From contig CAYJDH010000001.1 of NCBI GenBank assembly GCA_964368915.1, forward strand, positions 1 to 32,058: DNA of 32,058 bases, given 5' to 3'. The position numbers and the translations under genes were made by a program. Numbering within the stretch: position 1 is the stretch's first letter; every line of letters starts with the position of its first letter. The notes beneath the pieces were generated by a model. The model was not told the DNA's origin, made no database searches, and worked only from the letters and a program-made list of their open reading frames with translations. Shown piece by piece: positions 16,547-23,303 of the stretch. The stretch is from an uncultured Candidatus Saccharibacteria bacterium (GTDB taxonomy: Bacteria > Patescibacteriota > Minisyncoccia > Phycocordibacterales > UBA5272).

Positions 16547-16615
16547 GTGAACTCCAATGTGATTGTACTGTGAACTGATTTTGTTCAGGTTTTTAACTCC
16601 TGAACGCCTGTAAAC

Positions 16616-16643
16616 AGTATACACTATTTACAGCATTTGTCAA
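16616..16643 (-). promoter_or_regulatory. Sigma70-type promoter of cassette 3
   Basis: TTGACA (16643-16638), 16 bp, TATACT (16621-16616). Leader about 65 nt. Confidence 0.65.
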
Positions 16644-16672
16644 GGTGTTTAACCCTTATTTTATATAGAAAA

Positions 16673-16702
16673 ATAGGGTATGCGATCGCTCGCACACCCT
16701 AT
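16673..16702. terminator. Terminator of cassette 4 (compound hairpin containing GCGATCGC)
   Basis: ATAGGGT-A-TGCGA-TCGC-TCGCA-C-ACCCTAT, flanked by an A-run and a T-run. Confidence 0.7.
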
Positions 16703-16718
16703 ATTTTGGCAGTCTGCG

Positions 16719-16901
16719 CTAAGTGGCGCACTGTCCAAGGTTTTTGAAACTTCCCTGCTGAAAACCACTCGGCACCTTGTGGCAGTCAGCTTTTTTAGCG
16801 ATTTCTGCTGTTGGTTGCGTCGGAGTTTTCGTAGATGCCTTTACGTCCCCCTTCGGCGATGCGCCTGAGTCTTTTGGTGGTGGAAATTTTTTCTCCGCCA
16901 C
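16719..16901 (-). CDS. Possible small Lys/Pro-rich protein (60 aa) with a C-terminal Cys...Cys loop, second gene of cassette 4
   Basis: GTG start 14 nt after the stop of the upstream gene, with GAGGA 4 nt upstream. C-terminus CHKVPSGFQQGSFKNLGQC. No signal peptide. Coding status uncertain. Confidence 0.3.
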   Translation of the reverse strand: MAEKKFPPPKDSGASPKGDVKASTKTPTQPTAEIAKKADCHKVPSGFQQGSFKNLGQCAT

Positions 16902-16915
16902 CTCATCCTCAGGCG

Positions 16916-17299
16916 CTACAGCTTTTTTGCAGTCACCTCGACATCCTTGAGAACAGACTGGCGCCCACCTCCGGCAGCACTAAGTCGCTTAAGAGCCTCG
17001 TGCAGCTCATCCTGCATAGCCTTGCGCTGCGCGTTGGCGGCCTTTACTTCCTCAATTTTTTCCTGTTTTTCGACGCCAGCTTGGACGCCGGACTTATGGG
17101 CGGAAGTAATTGCTTCCTCTGTTGACCATTTCCAGACATTTCCAGCAATGATCAGGATCAATACGGCTCCGAGAGCCACAAGTGGCCAAAAATGCTTTGG
17201 CATGTAGTAGGAGAATGTGAGATCCTCCACCGCTTTGGTTGCCGTTGCTACCGTCTTTGCAGACAGAGCTTTTGCTACAGGGTCTACTTCCGTAACCAT
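16916..17299 (-). CDS. GC-rich cassette 4: single-pass membrane protein with a coiled-coil-like C-terminal domain (127 aa)
   Basis: ATG 17299 with GGAGA 6 nt upstream. TM segment FWPLVALGAVLILIIAGNVW. Ala/Lys/Glu-rich heptad-like tail. Confidence 0.65.
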   Translation of the reverse strand: MVTEVDPVAKALSAKTVATATKAVEDLTFSYYMPKHFWPLVALGAVLILIIAGNVWKWSTEEAITSAHKSGVQAGVEKQEKIEEVKAANAQRKAMQDELHEALKRLSAAGGGRQSVLKDVEVTAKKL

Positions 17300-17409
17300 G
17301 TTTTCTCCGTGCGGATTTTTGATATTATCTCACCGCAAAATTTTAAAAAAAGAAAGTTTTGTAAATTACCCTTATGAATAAAGATTATTTCTCAAAACCT
17401 CTGTATTCA

Positions 17410-17437
17410 AGTATACACCTTTTTATCAACTTGTCAA
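17410..17437 (-). promoter_or_regulatory. Sigma70-type promoter of cassette 4
   Basis: TTGACA (17437-17432), 16 bp, TATACT (17415-17410). AT-rich leader of about 100 nt. Confidence 0.65.
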
Positions 17438-17492
17438 GACTAGACCAAGGGGTGTAAATGTTACTTTTTAATATGAAAATAGAATAAAAAAA

Positions 17493-17521
17493 GCCAGGGT
17501 CCTGTGAGGGATTGTCCTGGC
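17493..17521 (-). terminator. Terminator of cassette 5
   Basis: GCCAGG...CCTGGC stem, followed on the minus strand by T7 (A-run 17486-17492). Confidence 0.7.
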
Positions 17522-17597
17522 GTGAAGTATCGAGGCCTGCGGAGTCGCGTGAGGGGGCACGTCCGAATCCGGTTGGTTCAAAGCCTCGAATTCTGCG

Positions 17598-17939
17598 CTA
17601 TGTCTCGATTATCATCGGGACATCAGTGTCATTTTCGCCGCCGTCTGTCGACATGCGTGGCATGCGTGGTGGGATCGCCGGCGACTGATAGCGATAGTTA
17701 GGCCCGCCACAATGCGAACCGTAAACAGTCTGAACGCAACCATTGTTATTTTGCAACTGGCAGACAAAGCTGCCGTTCGGGTTCCGACCAACAGCAACTG
17801 ACCCTGGGGCGCAGGGTACTACCACTCCTGCGGTTGGAGCGTAAACGACTGGCTGTTGCCGAACATAGTGACGGTTGTCACAGCCCATCAGAGCCAGTGT
17901 CGCGATCGCGGCGATCGCGACGAGGATTTTAGTGTACAT
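17598..17939 (-). CDS. GC-rich cassette 5: probable lipoprotein or secreted Cys-containing protein (113 aa)
   Basis: ATG 17939 with AGGAGA 8 nt upstream. MYTKILVAIAAIATLALMGC is lipobox-like. Six further Cys in the mature part. Confidence 0.7.
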   Translation of the reverse strand: MYTKILVAIAAIATLALMGCDNRHYVRQQPVVYAPTAGVVVPCAPGSVAVGRNPNGSFVCQLQNNNGCVQTVYGSHCGGPNYRYQSPAIPPRMPRMSTDGGENDTDVPMIIET

Positions 17940-17983
17940 TGCTCTTTCTCCTATAGAATTGAGCGAGTTTCGAGACTAGACAC

Positions 17984-18011
17984 AGTATACACTATTCGCT
18001 GTGTTTGTCAA
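17984..18011 (-). promoter_or_regulatory. Sigma70-type promoter of cassette 5
   Basis: TTGACA (18011-18006), 16 bp, TATACT (17989-17984). AATAGTGTATACTGT is shared with the cassette 3 promoter. Confidence 0.65.
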
Positions 18012-18040
18012 GTACAGCAAATTAACCGTCAATAAGAAAA

Positions 18041-18060
18041 AGGCCTGCTGCTACAGGCCT
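18041..18060. terminator. Terminator of cassette 6
   Basis: AGGCCTG-CTGCTA-CAGGCCT with an A-run upstream and a T-run downstream. Confidence 0.75.
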
Positions 18061-18081
18061 TTTTTCCGGACAACCCTGTTT

Positions 18082-18399
18082 CTATTTGGGTTCCGGAAGG
18101 AGTTTTTTCAAACCGAGCACGAGGATGTTGCCTTGGCTACAGCTAAGCCGGCGGCCTGGGGCAATCATCAGTTGTCCCTTCTCACACTCAGGCCCATTGG
18201 GGCCGTTGATGATCCGGACCGGCTCATCGCCGTAGGGAAACTGGATATCCGCCACAAGTAAACCAAAAAACAGGGCGTCTTTGTGTTCGAACGGCACCGC
18301 GAGCCCGATTGGTGCGGACATTTTTTTGTCCTGCACAAAGTCGGCCGAGGCCGTACAAGAAACAGCCACCAAAACGGCAGCAAGAAGGAGCTTTTTCAT
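18082..18399 (-). CDS. GC-rich cassette 6: small secreted protein (105 aa precursor)
   Basis: Start placed at ATG 18399 (MKKLLLAAVLVAVSCTASA signal peptide), with GAGG 6 nt upstream. The track's TTG at 18477 is itself the -35 hexamer. Confidence 0.7.
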   Translation of the reverse strand: MKKLLLAAVLVAVSCTASADFVQDKKMSAPIGLAVPFEHKDALFFGLLVADIQFPYGDEPVRIINGPNGPECEKGQLMIAPGRRLSCSQGNILVLGLKKLLPEPK

Positions 18400-18449
18400 G
18401 GAAACCTCACGATAGTTATGCGGCGGGATGCCGCGATATTCCCAAACGC

Positions 18450-18477
18450 ATTCTAAATGAAAACAAAATATTGTCAA
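18450..18477 (-). promoter_or_regulatory. Sigma70-type promoter of cassette 6
   Basis: TTGACA (18477-18472), 16 bp, TAGAAT (18455-18450). Confidence 0.6.
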
Positions 18478-18516
18478 GGGTGTAGAGAGCTGACGCCTCT
18501 AGAGTTTTAAATAGTA

Positions 18517-18522
18517 TATAAT
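18517..18522 (+). promoter_or_regulatory. -10 box (TATAAT) of the leaderless pilB-like gene
   Basis: TATAAT lies 6 nt upstream of ATG 18529. No Shine-Dalgarno and no clear -35. Confidence 0.45.
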
Positions 18523-18528
18523 TTGATT

Positions 18529-20223
18529 ATGTTAAACGATGTCGCGGAATTAAAAATCAAAACCAGCCTAGACAAACTGGCTAGTGATGACGAGGAGCGC
18601 GAGGCTGAGTACCTAGCTCAACAATCTGGACTCCCCTATGTGGACCTGCGTATCAAAAGCCCTGAGCTGGATGCCTTAGCAAAAGTCCCGGTGGCTGAAT
18701 CTGAAAAATATGACCTGGTACCGTTCCGCCTGGTTGGCAGACAAATGCATGTGGCGATAAAGGACCCCACTCGTGATGATGTGGTGCAATACTTGGCGAG
18801 TGTGTCGACGAGAGATGAGAAACCAATAATATATGTCGCCTCAAAAACATCAATCAAAAGAGTGCAACAGAGATACAAAGACTTGGACTCGGAGACAACA
18901 GTAGAACGTGGACTGGTCGACCTCAACGAGTCACATTTAAAGGAGTTACTCCAGGACATCACCACCCTGCCGGAATTTAGAACTAGACTGGAAAAGGTTG
19001 TGATGAATGAAAATAGAGAAAGGGTCTCAAAAATAATCGAGATGACCCTGGTTGGAGCTATACATTTTGGGGTGAGTGATATACATATAGAGCCAGAGGA
19101 TGACGCTGTAAAAGTCAGATATCGTATAGACGGTATGTTGCAAGACATTTTCTTTACAGATATAAAAACTTTTAATCTGGTTAATAGTCGCCTCAAGCTG
19201 CTCTCTGGTTTAAAACTATCAACTCAAAAAGTAGCACAAGATGGAAGATTTGAAATAGAGTTTGAAGGCGCAAAAATAGAAGTGCGTGTATCGCTGGTAC
19301 CTGGAAACTATGGCGAGAACTATGTGATGAGAATATTGGATCCAAAAGCGGCGAACGTTAGCTTTGATTCTCTTGGTATGAATGCAAAAGTTTTCTCGTT
19401 GCTCGAGAGGTCTCTAAAGAAACCATATGGGATGATACTAAACACTGGACCAACAGGGTCAGGTAAATCAACAACCTTGTATGCGTGTCTAAAGAAAACC
19501 TATACACCTGAGAAAAAAATTATCACTATCGAGGACCCGATAGAGTATCACATGGACGGCATCACACAGACACAAGTGGACACAAAAAAAGACTATACAT
19601 TTCTCCTCGGTTTGCGTGCGGCTTTGCGTCAGGACCCAGATATTATAATGGTGGGAGAGATACGCGACGAAGACACAGCAAAAGTCGCAGCGAGTGCGGC
19701 GTTGACTGGTCACATTGTCCTCTCTACCCTACACACCAACTCGGCCGCAGGAGCTATACCCCGCATGATAGACCTCGGAGTTGATGCGAAAACATTGGGA
19801 TCATCAATAGGCCTGGTGATGGCTCAGCGCCTGTGTCGTAAACTTTGTACACATTGTAAGGAGGAGAGAGAAACAACAACAGAGGAATCAAAACTCATAA
19901 CGGACATATTGGGTAATATGGTGGCCGATGGTAAGGAGGTGTCTATACAGCCACAAAAAATATATAAAATAGGAACAGCAAACCCTAATGGGTGTGAAGC
20001 ATGTCACAATGGCTACAAAGGTCGTATAGGAATATTTGAAGCTATACAAATGACAAGAGAAATAGAAGAGGCGGCAGTAGCCGGAAAAGGTGAGCGCGAA
20101 CTGCGCGAGGTGGCAATATCTCAGCTCATACCCACCATGCGCGAAGATGGTATAATAAAGATGCTAGAGGGGGTCACCTCACTAGAAGAGCTGGAAACAG
20201 TTGTGGATATATACGAAAAATAA
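18529..20223 (+). CDS. pilB: Type II/IV secretion-system ATPase, GspE/PilB family (type IV pilus assembly ATPase-like)
   Basis: N-terminal GSPII_E_N-like domain. Walker A GPTGSGKSTT, Asp box, Walker B DPDIIMVGEIRD, His box TGHIVLSTLHTN, tetracysteine CRKLCTHC...CEAC. ATG 18529 preferred over the track's TTG 18523. Confidence 0.9.
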   Translation: MLNDVAELKIKTSLDKLASDDEEREAEYLAQQSGLPYVDLRIKSPELDALAKVPVAESEKYDLVPFRLVGRQMHVAIKDPTRDDVVQYLASVSTRDEKPIIYVASKTSIKRVQQRYKDLDSETTVERGLVDLNESHLKELLQDITTLPEFRTRLEKVVMNENRERVSKIIEMTLVGAIHFGVSDIHIEPEDDAVKVRYRIDGMLQDIFFTDIKTFNLVNSRLKLLSGLKLSTQKVAQDGRFEIEFEGAKIEVRVSLVPGNYGENYVMRILDPKAANVSFDSLGMNAKVFSLLERSLKKPYGMILNTGPTGSGKSTTLYACLKKTYTPEKKIITIEDPIEYHMDGITQTQVDTKKDYTFLLGLRAALRQDPDIIMVGEIRDEDTAKVAASAALTGHIVLSTLHTNSAAGAIPRMIDLGVDAKTLGSSIGLVMAQRLCRKLCTHCKEERETTTEESKLITDILGNMVADGKEVSIQPQKIYKIGTANPNGCEACHNGYKGRIGIFEAIQMTREIEEAAVAGKGERELREVAISQLIPTMREDGIIKMLEGVTSLEELETVVDIYEK

Positions 20224-20375
20224 AAAGCTCATTAATCTTTAAACAACCCCTTGGTGAAGAATATTTCCTACATGAGGATAGCCGCAGTAGGATAACAAAT
20301 GCTATCCGAACCAAAACGTCCTCCGTATTAGAATTATGGGTAAACCCGATTGCTTAAAGATTAGTGAGCTATTTA
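20221..20375 (+). repeat. 22-bp inverted repeats enclosing 111 nt: candidate structured small RNA or MITE-like element
   Basis: 20221-20242 pairs with 20375-20354 (20 Watson-Crick pairs, 1 G.U that forms only in a plus-strand transcript, 1 mismatch). Internal 7-bp hairpin GGATAGC (20276-82) / GCTATCC (20301-07). Confidence 0.55.
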
Positions 20376-20414
20376 GAAACTTAACTGCCAGCCATTATAA
20401 CACATTTAAACTTC

Positions 20415-21422
20415 ATGTCAAGTACCCAAAAAGAAGACGAAAATATAGACGATGTGTCTGCTTCTCCTGATGCAAAACATCTGGATGCAACGTTACGCCC
20501 CACTTCATTTGAATATTATATTGGGCAAGAGGTTATAAAGAAAAATGTTGGGGTGTTGCTCGAGGCAGCTCTAGCTCGTGGGTCACCGCCAGAGCATATA
20601 TTGTTATACGGCCCACCAGGACTTGGCAAAACAACACTCGCACACATCATAGCGAGAACACTGAACACAAATATTAAAATCACATCTGGTCCAACTCTCA
20701 CAAAGGTGGGCGACCTCGCTGCGATACTAACCAATTTACAACCGCATGATGTGTTGTTCATAGACGAGATACACAGACTGAACAAATTAATAGAGGAGGT
20801 GTTATACCCTGCCATGGAGTCTGGTGTGCTCGACATCATAATAGGCAAAGGTCCTGCGGCACGCAGTATACAGTTAGACATTCCCCCATTCACTCTGGTC
20901 GGGGCAACTACTCGTGTGTCACTGTTATCGTCACCGCTCCGCTCTAGATTTTCAGGTGGTACATACAGATTGCAATTTTACACATTGGAGGAGCTCGCAA
21001 AAATAGTCGTGCGTAGCAGTGAGACATTGGGTGCAAATATAAATATGGAGGCAGCATTAGAAATAGCAAAACGTAGTAGATACACACCACGCATCGCGAA
21101 CTTTTATCTCAAGCGTGCTCGCGACTATGCAGAGGTCAGCGGTGTGCCACTAAACCTAGACACCGTGCGAACCGCACTCGAGATGTTGGAAATAGACGAA
21201 CACGGGCTGGGACACAGTGAGCGCGAATACTTGTCAGCGCTGATGGATAAGTTTGACGGTGGTCCAGTTGGACTATCAACATTAGCCGCAACATTGTCAG
21301 AAGAAGACAACACATTGGAAGATGTTATCGAGCCATACCTGTTGCAAATGGGACTGATTGAAAAAACCACGAGAGGTAGGATGTTAACCGAGCAAGGCAA
21401 AAAACATGTTGCCGGAAAATAG
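20415..21422 (+). CDS. ruvB: Holliday junction branch migration DNA helicase RuvB
   Basis: LRP..F.EYIGQ, GPPGLGKTTLA, LFIDEIHRL, sensor and winged-helix regions. Confidence 0.95.
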   Translation: MSSTQKEDENIDDVSASPDAKHLDATLRPTSFEYYIGQEVIKKNVGVLLEAALARGSPPEHILLYGPPGLGKTTLAHIIARTLNTNIKITSGPTLTKVGDLAAILTNLQPHDVLFIDEIHRLNKLIEEVLYPAMESGVLDIIIGKGPAARSIQLDIPPFTLVGATTRVSLLSSPLRSRFSGGTYRLQFYTLEELAKIVVRSSETLGANINMEAALEIAKRSRYTPRIANFYLKRARDYAEVSGVPLNLDTVRTALEMLEIDEHGLGHSEREYLSALMDKFDGGPVGLSTLAATLSEEDNTLEDVIEPYLLQMGLIEKTTRGRMLTEQGKKHVAGK

Positions 21423-21897
21423 TATAGTCATTGCTGTTGATCCTGGTTTTGATAGATTTGGTGTGTCTGTTGTTAGGAAAAACAAAGGTAAAGAGGAGGT
21501 GTTGTATTCTGACTGTATTTGTAGTGATAAAAAAATGACATTTGAAGGGCGATTGATGTATGTCATCGGTGAGTTTGAAAAAGTTGTAGCGGAGTACAAA
21601 CCCACACTACTCTGTATGGAGGCTGTTTTCATGCACAAAAATGCAAAGAGTGTTATAAATGTGGCCGAGATAAAAGGGGCAGTGAAGTTGATAGCTGTTA
21701 GGAAAAATATAAAAATAGTAGAGATGACTCCACAAAAAATAAAGCTCGCCGTAGCCGGATCTGGCGCGGCCAAAAAAGATGAGGTTATAAAGATGGTAAA
21801 GATGCTAACCAAACACAAAACCAAAACTGGACTAGATGATGAGTATGATGCTATCGCTTGCGGCATCGCGGCACTTGCATATTTGAAGACAATTTGA
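21406..21897 (+). CDS. ruvC: Crossover junction endodeoxyribonuclease RuvC
   Basis: IAVDPGFDRFG catalytic N-terminus and DEYDAIACG near the C-terminus. Overlaps the ruvB end by 17 nt. Confidence 0.85.
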   Translation: MLPENSIVIAVDPGFDRFGVSVVRKNKGKEEVLYSDCICSDKKMTFEGRLMYVIGEFEKVVAEYKPTLLCMEAVFMHKNAKSVINVAEIKGAVKLIAVRKNIKIVEMTPQKIKLAVAGSGAAKKDEVIKMVKMLTKHKTKTGLDDEYDAIACGIAALAYLKTI

Positions 21898-21922
21898 TAT
21901 CTTATCAAGAATCAAAAGCAAT

Positions 21923-22093
21923 ATGGAGGAAGAAAAAGAACCAAATGAAGAATCAATGAACCCAGACGCCTTAGAAGCGGCTCTCGGGGATGAGTTTGTA
22001 GAGGTGGAAGAAGTTGAAATATTGGTGGTTAGCGATGATGATGACGACCTAGATATCGCCTTTCCTCATGACGATCCGAGAGACTGGTACTAG
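21923..22093 (+). CDS. Possible small, highly acidic protein (56 aa)
   Basis: ATG 21923 to TAG 22093 (below the track threshold): MEEEKEPNEESMNPDALEAALGDEFVEVEEVEILVVSDDDDDLDIAFPHDDPRDWY. It fills the ruvC-tyrS gap and its stop overlaps the tyrS stop. No clear RBS. Confidence 0.35.
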   Translation: MEEEKEPNEESMNPDALEAALGDEFVEVEEVEILVVSDDDDDLDIAFPHDDPRDWY

Positions 22094-23283
22094 ATTTTAA
22101 TTTTTAGGAATCTTTTCTTGCCAATTTTTATAACACTAGATTTTGCCAACTCCTTATAGTTGGTTATTTTTGTTTCGTCTTCAAAAGACACAGCCCCATC
22201 TTCAACCAATCTCTTCCACTCCGCCTTGCTTTCAATCTGTTTTGCCTTCATGGCCAGATCCGCAAAAGTATCACCCTCCACCCCCTCTATCTCTGGTATG
22301 TTGTCGGGTATTCCTTTGTTTTGGAAGACTTCGATAAAATTCTGTCTGGCTTGAGATGCTAACTTTTCATTATGATACATTTTTACTATCTCTTCGGCCA
22401 AGATGAACTTGATGTCTCTCGGATTGTTGTCGCCATCTTTTAACTCATCCTCGTATTTAGAAACAGTCTCGTCGTCTATGTCAGTACAAAGTCTAAAGTA
22501 TTTGATAATCAACTCATCACGAAGAGACATGATTTTCCCAAACATGTCGTTCGGCTCATCCACAACGGTTATGATATTGCCCCAACTAGTAGACATCTTT
22601 CGCCCGTCTATACCCTCGAGCATTTGTAGGTTCATTATATTTTGCTTTGGCATTCCAAAAAAATCTTGTATTACCCTGCCGGCCTTTAGATTAAAAAGCT
22701 GATCAAAACCACCAATCTCCACATCAGCCCTAACGGCATAGCTGTCGTAACCCTGCATGAGTGGGTATAGAAATTCACGAAGAGATATCTCAACGTTTGC
22801 GTCATATCTGTCTTTAAAGTTGCGTCTTGCTAGCATCTGTTGGACAGTGAAACACTCTGCCAACTGTGTAACATCTTGGAATGTTAATTTTGATAGCCAG
22901 TCATTGTTATAAACAAACTCCACCTTGTCTAGATCCAATATTTTTCCTATTTGACTCTTATAGTCCTTGAGGTTTTCGTCTATCGCGGCACGGGTTAGCA
23001 TTGGGCGTTTTTCTGTTTTGTCGCTAGCATCACCTATTTGCGCTGTAAAATCCCCGATAATTAAAACTATTTTGTGTCCCAATTTTTGAAACTCACGAAG
23101 TTTTCGTATTGGTATCGCGCGACCCAAATGTATCTTTGGTCCTGTTGGGTCTATCCCAAATTTTATACGCAACTCACGACCGCTTTGTAAATCTTTTTCA
23201 AAATCTTCTTTTACAAATATTTCCTCCACACCTCTTGACAAGAGCTGTTTAATCTTGGCTTCATCTGTGATAGTATTAGGCAT
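22090..23283 (-). CDS. tyrS: Tyrosine--tRNA ligase
   Basis: Class I motifs (P.G.IHLGRAI HIGH-like, KMSTS). C-terminal S4-like RNA-binding domain. TATAGT (23295-23290) lies 6 nt before the ATG. Confidence 0.85.
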   Translation of the reverse strand: MPNTITDEAKIKQLLSRGVEEIFVKEDFEKDLQSGRELRIKFGIDPTGPKIHLGRAIPIRKLREFQKLGHKIVLIIGDFTAQIGDASDKTEKRPMLTRAAIDENLKDYKSQIGKILDLDKVEFVYNNDWLSKLTFQDVTQLAECFTVQQMLARRNFKDRYDANVEISLREFLYPLMQGYDSYAVRADVEIGGFDQLFNLKAGRVIQDFFGMPKQNIMNLQMLEGIDGRKMSTSWGNIITVVDEPNDMFGKIMSLRDELIIKYFRLCTDIDDETVSKYEDELKDGDNNPRDIKFILAEEIVKMYHNEKLASQARQNFIEVFQNKGIPDNIPEIEGVEGDTFADLAMKAKQIESKAEWKRLVEDGAVSFEDETKITNYKELAKSSVIKIGKKRFLKIKI

Positions 23284-23303
23284 AACAACACTATATCATA
23301 TCT

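Noticed and set aside
15785-16573. A 262-aa plus-strand ORF, along with 15835-16077, 15945-16184, 16081-16287 and 15675-15929, antisense to cassette 3
   Set aside because: Long antisense frames are expected in 60% GC DNA. These lack a promoter, RBS and signal features, whereas the minus-strand frame has a promoter, GGAG, a signal peptide and a terminator.
16680-17207. Plus-strand ORFs 16680-16868, 16835-17125 and 16947-17207 across cassette 4
   Set aside because: They are antisense to a unit with clear minus-strand signals. The first of them begins inside the terminator hairpin.
18400-18477. N-terminal extensions proposed by the ORF track for cassettes 2, 3 and 6 (starts at 7752, 16624 and 18477)
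   Set aside because: These alternative TTG/GTG starts fall inside or upstream of the predicted -35/-10 hexamers. They also bury the signal peptides. The internal ATGs have proper RBS spacing.
15499-18477. Integron-like gene cassette array
   Set aside because: There is no intI-like integrase and no attC-type imperfect palindromes with GTTRRRY cores at cassette boundaries; only one chance GTTAAAC was seen. Each unit has its own promoter, unlike promoterless integron cassettes.
20221-20375. A reduced RNase P RNA or an SRP RNA
   Set aside because: GAGGATAGCCGC and AAACCCGATTGCTTA faintly recall the RNase P CR-I and CR-V blocks, but the P4 pairing does not form and about 150 nt is far too short. 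The SRP helix-8 GGAA tetraloop with AGCA motif is also absent.
21384-21908. A 174-aa minus-strand ORF antisense to ruvC, with similar antisense ORFs in pilB (18636-19196), ruvB (20516-20893), mutM (6174-6605) and polA (10753-11073, 11878-12129)
   Set aside because: Each is opposite a confidently identified conserved gene. Their Ser/Phe/Ile-rich sequences are typical of antisense AT-rich coding DNA.
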